From the IMG/VR virus record IMGVR_UViG_3300025389_000108, positions 1 through 25,431 of that record: a stretch of DNA of 25,431 nucleotides. The stretch is one strand, 5' to 3'. A program made the translations under genes and the position numbers. This DNA is from a virus (Duplodnaviria; Caudoviricetes). The notes under the pieces were generated by a model. It made no database searches. It worked only from the letters and a program-made list of their open reading frames with translations, and was not told the origin of the DNA. Shown here one piece after another: positions 18,259 to 25,078 of the stretch (positions are counted from its first letter, which is position 1; every line of letters starts with the position of its first letter).

Positions 18259-18678
18259 CTACAAACCGTATTTACTAATGATATAATCCACTTCTTGTTC
18301 AACGGTTAAACCATCTTTAATGATAGAATCAACGTAATTTATTGGGTCTTGCCAAAGGTTGTTGGTGTCCTCAAAACGGCCTTTTTTGATACGATCCATC
18401 CAAATAAGAATATCTGGTTTACCAAAGGCTTTTCTTGTTTCTTCTGTAGGGCAGACAAAATCCACAATTATATTGTGGCCTTGACGTTCTAGCAACCTTG
18501 CCATTTCTCCAAGCCTACGGGCTTGTTCAATTCTGTCATTGTTTGAAAAACCAAGATCTGAATTGACCGTTGCCCTAACTTCATCAGCATTTAAATGAAT
18601 TACAGGTATTTTTTCTTTTAAACCATTTGCTAGAGCAGTTTTACCCGATCCAGGAAGACCGATAATTTGAATAATCAT
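18259..18678 (-). CDS. cysC: Adenylylsulfate (APS) kinase-like P-loop protein
   Basis: 139 aa. P-loop GLPGSGKT, then HLNADEVR...DLGFS..DR.E..RR.GE.ARLL..QG, matching the CysC pattern LDGD.VR...DLGFS..DR.EN.RR. Shorter than cellular CysC. Confidence 0.75.
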   Translation of the reverse strand: MIIQIIGLPGSGKTALANGLKEKIPVIHLNADEVRATVNSDLGFSNNDRIEQARRLGEMARLLERQGHNIIVDFVCPTEETRKAFGKPDILIWMDRIKKGRFEDTNNLWQDPINYVDSIIKDGLTVEQEVDYIISKYGL

Positions 18679-19259
18679 TAGTGGTAAAACTTTGTTATTG
18701 TCCAGCGTTCTCCACTGATGACCGGTTCTACTTGATGTGCATAAGGGAAATGTGCAGGGAAAAGAATTAATTGGTTTTTCTTAGGCTTAATTTTTAAACC
18801 AAATTCAACAAAATTAATTTCTCCACCATCAAAATTATCATTTAAATAATGCAACAAAGAGAACGTTCTTTTATCAAACATAGCACCACGACCCCAGTCA
18901 ATATGTGCTCTGTAATGATGTCCTTTTTCATATTTTAAAATATGATATGCATCAGATCCAATGGTATCTGTATGGTACTTTTCACAATAATTATCTACGC
19001 ATGTTTTATAAACATTGTCAAGCATTTTTCTTAAATCATTTAATATAACATTGTTAGTGTCATCATTAGATATGCCGATAAGCTTTACGCTTCTAACCTT
19101 TGGCATTATTTCATTGTCTCCAACTGGAGCCAAAGTCCAATGCAAAGAACCATTTCTAATATGTTGTTCCCATTCAGGAATCATATTAGAAATATTTTCT
19201 CCTACATTATCGTAACTTATAATACCTGGTGCTAATATTTCTCTTTTTATTTCATACAT
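18678..19259 (-). CDS. 2OG-Fe(II) oxygenase, prolyl-4-hydroxylase-like
   Basis: ILKYEKGHHYRAHID (HxD), YLNDNFDGGEINF, FPAHFPYAHQVEPVISGERWTI (distal His and 2OG-binding Arg). Start placed at the ATG at 19259 because of the AAAGGT RBS and no overlap with the previous gene. Confidence 0.9.
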   Translation of the reverse strand: MYEIKREILAPGIISYDNVGENISNMIPEWEQHIRNGSLHWTLAPVGDNEIMPKVRSVKLIGISNDDTNNVILNDLRKMLDNVYKTCVDNYCEKYHTDTIGSDAYHILKYEKGHHYRAHIDWGRGAMFDKRTFSLLHYLNDNFDGGEINFVEFGLKIKPKKNQLILFPAHFPYAHQVEPVISGERWTITKFYH

Positions 19260-19269
19260 AATGTACCTT

Positions 19270-19965
19270 TTATTTTTTAATTGCGACCATAAACTCAAGA
19301 GGTGATTCAAATGTTTCGCTCCATACTGAGTCGTCAAGCAATGGTTCTACATATTTAAACATTCTCATTGGAGTAGCTGTTAATAAAATTCCACCTTTTT
19401 TTAAGAGTATGGATGATGCAGTTATAATTTCTTTTATAACTTCTAATCCGTCTTCACCACCGCACAGTGCTGTTAAATCATAAGGAAGAATATCTAATTG
19501 TGAAAGATCGTCTGGTATAGGTATACATGGGTAAGATGCAAAAATAAAATCAACTTGACCATGAAGTTTATCAAGGTGGTTGATCGAATCAAGAGCGCTA
19601 CACATTACTGGAATAAATTTAGAATTATTTTTATTCATTTGTTCTTTAAAAGTGTTGGCATTCTTTACAGTCCAAGAAAATGGTTCTTCATATTTTTCCA
19701 CACCATAAATTGTTGAATTTGGTGCTTCTATTGCCATTGCTATGCCAAGCATACCTGTTCCAGTGCACATGTCTACCATAACAAGGTTATCTGATAAATC
19801 AATTTTTTCTTTTATGTAAAACAAAATATCGTCAAGGAATTTATCCATGCCATAATTCTCTACAAAAACGCCTTTACCGACAGCTATTTTTAATCCACGA
19901 AGTTCGTAAAAACCTTCATCATATGCTTTTGTATTTATAATAAATTTAAATTGTTCTCTAGTCAT
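19270..19965 (-). CDS. SAM-dependent methyltransferase, HemK/PrmC-like
   Basis: 231 aa with VGKGVF, VDMCTGTG, ALCGGEDGLEV and LLKKGG. The NPPY position reads SYPC. Confidence 0.8.
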   Translation of the reverse strand: MTREQFKFIINTKAYDEGFYELRGLKIAVGKGVFVENYGMDKFLDDILFYIKEKIDLSDNLVMVDMCTGTGMLGIAMAIEAPNSTIYGVEKYEEPFSWTVKNANTFKEQMNKNNSKFIPVMCSALDSINHLDKLHGQVDFIFASYPCIPIPDDLSQLDILPYDLTALCGGEDGLEVIKEIITASSILLKKGGILLTATPMRMFKYVEPLLDDSVWSETFESPLEFMVAIKK

Positions 19966-19975
19966 GTTTTATTTC

Positions 19976-20545
19976 CTATTTTGATTCTATAGCCCATATA
20001 GGCATTATGTCCACAACTAAATTAATCCTTGAAGTTGTTCCGTTATTATCAACTGCATGGCGTTTAACATTATTTATTTCCCAAATCTCTCCTGTTTTCA
20101 TATTTATGGTTTCGCCATCAACCCATGATTCACATTGAGGATTAGTTATTATTGGTATTTGGTGCCTATGCACAGCACTAAAATATTGACCCATATCCAT
20201 ATGAATATAAATATTGGTTCCAGCTGGTAATAAGAAATAAAATATTTTGGCTGCTTTGCCATTGCAATCTTTTTCTAATTTATCAATTATTGGTTTAGTT
20301 AATGCCCAAAGTTCTTTATCGTCACATTTAAATTCTGGTGTAAAGGGTGCTGGATAGAACCAATTCCTTGGGTAATCTTGGATTATCAAAGCTTTACCAT
20401 GTTTATGATGAGTTAAATTTAATTGTTGATTAAAGCATTCATCCTTTCCTAGTAAAAAGGTAGATAATTCATTAACATTTACTTCACCCTTTTTAATAAA
20501 ATTGAATGGATTGTTGTATTTACTCCATACTTTAGTTAATGTCAT
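19976..20545 (-). CDS. Aspartyl/asparaginyl(proline) beta-hydroxylase family 2OG-Fe(II) oxygenase
   Basis: 189 aa with LPAGTNIYIHMD, HRHQIPIITNP and GEIWEINNVKRHAVDNNGTTSRINLVVD, a full match to the family pattern. Confidence 0.85.
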   Translation of the reverse strand: MTLTKVWSKYNNPFNFIKKGEVNVNELSTFLLGKDECFNQQLNLTHHKHGKALIIQDYPRNWFYPAPFTPEFKCDDKELWALTKPIIDKLEKDCNGKAAKIFYFLLPAGTNIYIHMDMGQYFSAVHRHQIPIITNPQCESWVDGETINMKTGEIWEINNVKRHAVDNNGTTSRINLVVDIMPIWAIESK

Positions 20546-21262
20546 TTAAGGCTCATAACCAAAAGTTTCAAATTCCCACCACCATTCTTTCTGTATGGCT
20601 TCGAGATCTTGCTTATTAAATATGTCTTTGTATGTAATGTGTTGTGGTTTATAATCGCTTTTTGCTTTATAAGGTATTGTAATCTCTGGCAACCCAACCA
20701 TTGGTAAAATTTTATTTATTTCGTTCTCTATTCCATTTTCATATCGTAAAACATGATCAACTAATATTTTACCATCTGGTGCATATAACCATTTTGTACT
20801 ATAGAGCGTGCAAAATTCTAGTTCTCCTGCATAAAAAAAACGATATTTTAAATAATCTTTTTGTTTTGCGGATAATGCATCCCAGTTATAACCGCCACCA
20901 TATTCAAATGGGTTAGCGTTATTATTGGTTTTTACTCCCCAATATTCTCTCATTTTATGAAAAAACCATGAAGCTATTATTTCATATGGGTGTCTTACAA
21001 AAATAGCAGAGATTGTATTGTTTATAGTTTCTTTACTAAACACTTCGCATACTTCTTGATAAGAGGCATGATTCTTTAGTGTAATATCACCATGAATATA
21101 GTTTCTTGGTGAATGACCATAATCTGATTCATTAATGGGTTGTAAAGGTGTGCAAGTTGAGTTCTCTGGGATAAGATTATACAATGATAATTCCAATGAA
21201 CTTCCGCCAACTTTATAATTTTTTAGTAATAAAAAGTTATTATCGGGAGAATAAATCATCAT
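20546..21262 (-). CDS. Sulfotransferase family protein (Sulfotransfer_2-like)
   Basis: 238 aa with 5'-PAPS-binding-like KNYKVGGSS, 3'-phosphate-binding-like FVRHPYE...SWF, VDHVLRYEN and C-terminal EFETFGY. Confidence 0.75.
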   Translation of the reverse strand: MMIYSPDNNFLLLKNYKVGGSSLELSLYNLIPENSTCTPLQPINESDYGHSPRNYIHGDITLKNHASYQEVCEVFSKETINNTISAIFVRHPYEIIASWFFHKMREYWGVKTNNNANPFEYGGGYNWDALSAKQKDYLKYRFFYAGELEFCTLYSTKWLYAPDGKILVDHVLRYENGIENEINKILPMVGLPEITIPYKAKSDYKPQHITYKDIFNKQDLEAIQKEWWWEFETFGYEP

Positions 21263-21531
21263 TCACCCTTGTTTATTTTTTCCAATTCAAGATTAGCTAA
21301 TGCAATAGCACTCTTTATGTCTGTGGCAATGCCGACCACTTTTAGTTTACCTGGGTTAGTGCCTCTAGAAACAACGTAGAACTTATAGTTCTTATCTTTT
21401 TCTATGAACAACCTTGTTGCAGTATATGAGTCTAAAAAACGAAGATAACGTGTTCGGTTATCATTGTTTTTAGGAAGTACCATTGTCTTCCAACGACGTT
21501 TTTCATTATATATTTTGTTTTTCTTAAACAT
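21259..21531 (-). CDS. Hypothetical basic protein (90 aa)
   Basis: Coupled on both sides (TAATG upstream, ATGA downstream). No recognisable motif. Confidence 0.65.
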   Translation of the reverse strand: MFKKNKIYNEKRRWKTMVLPKNNDNRTRYLRFLDSYTATRLFIEKDKNYKFYVVSRGTNPGKLKVVGIATDIKSAIALANLELEKINKGE

Positions 21532-22241
21532 TAGCTTTCTACCTTATAAATTTTCTTACGCCATATATTTTTTCTATACCAACCAACTTGATAATTATAG
21601 TCTCTTTCGGGATGGTTTTCCATGCTTCTTTTCCATACACCTTTCTTCTTTTTAGCAACCCAATCTTCTCTTTTGAATGGGATAACTTGTAATATAGGAG
21701 TACCTGCAGGGATAATACCTTCAAAGCCCTTCTTAATGCTAAATGGTATATTACCACCATGCATAAAGAATTCACCATCTACAATGCCTGCAAAAGACAT
21801 GAATGGTAAATCAAACCTATTAAAAGGGTGTGTTACTATAGCACTATATCCTTCGGGAAGATGAAAAGCATATTGAGTATGCCAAATAAAATGCTCTTCA
21901 TCATATCCAGCTGCTGATGGCATTGGATCTGTAGATATTGGGTCTCTATTATTGATTGGCATAGGCATTTGTTTACAACGAATAGATGGCCCATGTTCTG
22001 TTTGCTCTACATATAGTTCTTGAGGTAAAGACATGTAAAATCCAGTTGTTAGAGCATCTAAAAATGGTATACACATCTTAAGACCCATGCCAGGCATGCC
22101 ATTCTTTGGGTCTTTATTTTCTAACATTTTTGGTGCTTTTTTGTACCAATCGGGCACAATTTCAACCATTGCTCCCATGCCCTTTTTTTCTACGTATGGA
22201 GAACCCTCATAATAAAGTATATTTTTATTATTTTTAAACAT
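21531..22241 (-). CDS. Conserved phage protein, paralogue 2 (DUF6065-like, possible dUTPase-like beta fold)
   Basis: 236 aa with PDWYKK, KMCIPFLDALTTG, PEGYS..VTHPFNRFDLPF, GIVD and GTPILQVIPFKREDW. Confidence 0.7.
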   Translation of the reverse strand: MFKNNKNILYYEGSPYVEKKGMGAMVEIVPDWYKKAPKMLENKDPKNGMPGMGLKMCIPFLDALTTGFYMSLPQELYVEQTEHGPSIRCKQMPMPINNRDPISTDPMPSAAGYDEEHFIWHTQYAFHLPEGYSAIVTHPFNRFDLPFMSFAGIVDGEFFMHGGNIPFSIKKGFEGIIPAGTPILQVIPFKREDWVAKKKKGVWKRSMENHPERDYNYQVGWYRKNIWRKKIYKVES

Positions 22242-22375
22242 TATTTATACATTTTCCTATGCCATCTAAATTTTTTATACCATTCAGGTACAACTTTTAA
22301 CATCGGTTGTAATTCGTCAGAATAATGAACTTTTGATTCATACCCTAAAACTCTTGGTTCTTTTTCTTTAAACAT
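22241..22375 (-). pseudogene. Internally deleted third paralogue (44-aa mini-ORF)
   Basis: Not in the ORF track. MFKEKEPRVLGYESKVHYSDELQPMLKVVPEWYKKFRWHRKMYK joins the family N-terminus to its C-terminus. TAATG-coupled at both ends. Confidence 0.75.
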
Positions 22376-23055
22376 TATTTATAAATCTTTTTCTTCCAAA
22401 AATTCTTTCGATAATGCCCATTTAACAATTCAGAGACAGGTGCTTTTATAGTAGTATCAGCTTCATTCCAAAGACCTTTTGTAGATTTAGCGGCCCATTC
22501 TTCTCTTTTAAATGGTATCACTTGCACTATAGGAGTACCTGCAGGAATTTCACCTTCAAAACCTTTTTTAATAAAGAATGACATATTAGCACCGGGCATT
22601 GCATAATCATCTACCACTGCACTACTTGTTAAAAATGGCAATTCCCAACGGTTCAATGGGTGTGTGTAAAGCAACGAATAACCATCAGGAGGTCTTACTA
22701 CGATGTTAGCAAACCAAAGAAAATGTTCTTCTTCATATCCTTGTGGTACTGGAGCTGGGTCAGTTACTACACTTGGCCTATTATTAACAACGGGTTCTCT
22801 TGGACTATTGTAACGTATAACAACTCCGTTTTCTGTTCTTTGAACATAGACATTTTCTTCAAGAACTATGGTATAACCAAGTGTAAGACTCTCAAGAAAT
22901 GGAATGCAATGTTTAACTCCAGGCCATTCTTGACCACGTTCGTCAGTTACCCATCTTTTTGTTTTTTTATACCAATCAGGTATAACAGAAAGCATTGGTC
23001 TCATATGATCTATAAAGCCATTATGGCTTTCGTATTTTATGATTTGACGCGACAT
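22375..23055 (-). CDS. Conserved phage protein, paralogue 1 (DUF6065-like, possible dUTPase-like beta fold)
   Basis: 226 aa with PDWYKK, KHCIPFLESLTLG, PDGYSLLYTHPLNRWELPF and GTPIVQVIPFKREEW. Clearly homologous to 21531..22241. Confidence 0.7.
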   Translation of the reverse strand: MSRQIIKYESHNGFIDHMRPMLSVIPDWYKKTKRWVTDERGQEWPGVKHCIPFLESLTLGYTIVLEENVYVQRTENGVVIRYNSPREPVVNNRPSVVTDPAPVPQGYEEEHFLWFANIVVRPPDGYSLLYTHPLNRWELPFLTSSAVVDDYAMPGANMSFFIKKGFEGEIPAGTPIVQVIPFKREEWAAKSTKGLWNEADTTIKAPVSELLNGHYRKNFWKKKIYK

Positions 23056-23384
23056 TACTCTTCGTCTTTCGAATCTTCCTCAACAACTTGTGGTTCTTCT
23101 TCAATAGCTTGCCATTTACCTATTGGACAAAATGCATTAGGTAATTTTACTTTTGCAGGCATAAAACAACCACATTCTTTGCATATCATGGATGATTTAC
23201 GGATGCGTGGACAATCCTTGCAGATGGCAAGGCGTTCACTAGCTAACTCTTCTTCTACTCTACCAATTTTTTTATTGAATAAATCCCATGGTCTAGCTGG
23301 ACGTTGTTCAAATGTTTCTTCGGGAGTATTCTTTAGGTTTTCTAAATATAATTCCCAAGGCGTTTGCTTTGGTTGGCCGTTCAT
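23055..23384 (-). CDS. Small Cys-rich metal-binding protein (DUF6171-like)
   Basis: RLAICKDCP...CKECGCFM..K......CPIGKW, six Cys. Confidence 0.7.
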   Translation of the reverse strand: MNGQPKQTPWELYLENLKNTPEETFEQRPARPWDLFNKKIGRVEEELASERLAICKDCPRIRKSSMICKECGCFMPAKVKLPNAFCPIGKWQAIEEEPQVVEEDSKDEE

Positions 23385-23386
23385 TT

Positions 23387-23620
23387 TTAACGGTATTCAC
23401 TCGCAAATTCACCGGTTTCTTCATCGTAACCAAGACCGACTTGGATGAAAGCACCTTGTGGGTGATCTGTAATATCAATTACTATTGGATTGCTTGTAAA
23501 GATTGCTGCGTTTCTAGCACTACAACTTTGAGCATGAACTACTTTACCATCAAGAACGAATGCTAAACGGTTAGTTGTATTGATAGCAATCATTGGATCT
23601 TCTGGGATTGGAATTGCCAT
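23387..23620 (-). CDS. Small protein, paralogue B (possible fibre assembly/accessory protein)
   Basis: 77 aa, RLAFVLDGKV......SARNAAIFTSNPIVIDIT...VGLGYD..TGEF. Confidence 0.7.
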   Translation of the reverse strand: MAIPIPEDPMIAINTTNRLAFVLDGKVVHAQSCSARNAAIFTSNPIVIDITDHPQGAFIQVGLGYDEETGEFASEYR

Positions 23621-23621
23621 A

Positions 23622-23861
23622 TTATTTCCTATTCTCTTCTAGGCTTTCACCGTCAAAATCAGTGAAAGTATCGGTAGCTACATTATACTGAAAACCTACC
23701 GGTATGTCAAGTCCTGTTATGTTTCTTGCTATTGGTTTACTTAGCAATAGAGCTGCAAATCTTTCTGAGCATTCAATTACTTCTTGTACAAAACCATCAA
23801 GAATAAAAGCAATCCGATACATAGGAGGCGTATTATTTAGGTTCTCTTCTTTGTCTGTCAT
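23622..23861 (-). CDS. Small protein, paralogue A (possible fibre assembly/accessory protein)
   Basis: 79 aa, RIAFILDGFV......SERFAALLLSKPIARNIT...VGFQYN..TDTF. Confidence 0.7.
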   Translation of the reverse strand: MTDKEENLNNTPPMYRIAFILDGFVQEVIECSERFAALLLSKPIARNITGLDIPVGFQYNVATDTFTDFDGESLEENRK

Positions 23862-23877
23862 GATCTCTTTCTATTGT

Positions 23878-25053
23878 TTATATCGCTGAGAATGGTCCAA
23901 CAGTACTACCTTGGGTAGGAGCAGATGCGCCACTACCAGTTACCACTGGTGAATCAATTATACCAACACTAACATTACCAGTTGGAGCAGTCTGAGTGCT
24001 AGTCAAAGTACCTAGAGATGTTACCAATGCAGAATCACTAAAAGCAGTTGCTGTAATACTATTTCCTAGAGTAACAATCTGGATAGAGTTAATCTGAGCT
24101 GTTGTGCTATTTGAAGGTCCTTGTAGAACTCCTGTTGCAATTGTAGTAATTGTACCACCTACAGATTGTAGCAAGCTTAGCTGGTTATAGTACTGCGTTG
24201 AATAGTTTGCTGTATACCCGGCACAAGCACCATATGATGAACAAGAGTATGTTAAGCATCCCGTGGCATATCCTCCTGTACAAGACAACCCATAGCCTGT
24301 GCATGGTGGTGGAAAGTAAGGTGGGAAGAAAGGTGGAAAGAAAGGTGGGAAGAAAGGTGGAAAGAATGGTGGTGGTGGAAAGTAAGGTGGGAAGAAAGGT
24401 GGAAAGAAAGGTGGGAAGAAAGGTGGAAAGAATGGTGGTGGTGGAAAGTAAGGAGGAAAGAATGGTGGTGGTGGTGCGTAATATGGAGGAACACGACCTG
24501 CTTGTGGAAGAACAGGGAATTCTGGTCTATTTCTCTTTTTGCGTCTTGGTAACGTTGTAGTTGATCCATGAGCGTTAGGGTCACCATAAGGGCTGCTATA
24601 ACCGTAACTTGTGCAAACAGTAGAAAAACCCTGACACACTGGACCATATGATGCACATGTGTATCCTGTGCAAGGATACCCACCAGTACAAGTATAACTT
24701 GTTATGTTATTTTGTGAATAAGCATTATTAACAACTGCCCACCAGTTACCAGTGCTTGTCCACCAAAAAGCAATTCCAGTACCATTTGAAGCACTTTGCA
24801 ATTTTATTGTTGCATTAGCTTTATAAGGTATTGTAGCTAATGGGTAAGAACTAGCTGCTGTTGATGTGGTAGCTGATCCGCTTGTTGCATACCATACACC
24901 AGTTTGTGCAACCCAAAGTTGTCCACCTGGAACAGCTGTTCCTAGTGATCCTGATGTTGTTCTTGCAAATAGGTCACTAATTGGTGCTAAAGATCCTGAT
25001 AGGAGTCCATAAGCACGGGCTGCAAGGTCACTTAGTGCTGAGAATAATGGCAT
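23878..25053 (-). CDS. Virion-type beta-sandwich protein with an inserted Cys-ladder/polyproline loop
   Basis: 391 aa. The lectin-like beta domain (SDLFART..GSLGTA..GQLW...GVW) is split by a roughly 165-aa insert with 10 Cys, RRKKRNR and (PPFF)n. GGAG RBS. Confidence 0.75.
   Translation of the reverse strand: MPLFSALSDLAARAYGLLSGSLAPISDLFARTTSGSLGTAVPGGQLWVAQTGVWYATSGSATTSTAASSYPLATIPYKANATIKLQSASNGTGIAFWWTSTGNWWAVVNNAYSQNNITSYTCTGGYPCTGYTCASYGPVCQGFSTVCTSYGYSSPYGDPNAHGSTTTLPRRKKRNRPEFPVLPQAGRVPPYYAPPPPFFPPYFPPPPFFPPFFPPFFPPFFPPYFPPPPFFPPFFPPFFPPFFPPYFPPPCTGYGLSCTGGYATGCLTYSCSSYGACAGYTANYSTQYYNQLSLLQSVGGTITTIATGVLQGPSNSTTAQINSIQIVTLGNSITATAFSDSALVTSLGTLTSTQTAPTGNVSVGIIDSPVVTGSGASAPTQGSTVGPFSAI
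24304..24490. repeat. Hierarchical coding VNTR (12/24/66-bp units) encoding PPFF/PPYF
   Basis: Two exact 66-bp copies (24304-24369 and 24370-24435) plus a partial, diverged third copy. Each contains aggtgggaagaaaggtggaaagaa twice. Confidence 0.95.
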
Positions 25054-25078
25054 TAGAAATCAGTCTCCGATAATAACA

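Noticed and set aside
19260-19337. Longer 219-aa start for the P4H-like oxygenase
   Set aside because: It overlaps the methyltransferase by 68 nt. The ATG at 19259 has an RBS and fits the gene packing.
21531-23055. Calling the paralogues dUTPase (dut)
   Set aside because: The canonical dUTPase motifs (RSG, GxIDxDYxG, C-terminal RGxxGFGSTG) are absent.
22660-23448. 262-aa plus-strand ORF and other plus-strand ORFs
   Set aside because: They are antisense shadows of well-supported, tightly coupled minus-strand genes and show no recognisable motifs.
24304-24490. Repeat array as CRISPR or a DGR variable region
   Set aside because: Units are contiguous, in frame and lack spacers. No cas gene, reverse transcriptase or adenine-specific template/variable pair is seen in the window.
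24252-24683. His-rich ORF (HHHHSFHLSSHL) and the antisense KVGRKVER ORF at 24150..24560
   Set aside because: Both are alternative-frame readings of the CCA/TTC repeat inside the 391-aa gene and have no independent start context.
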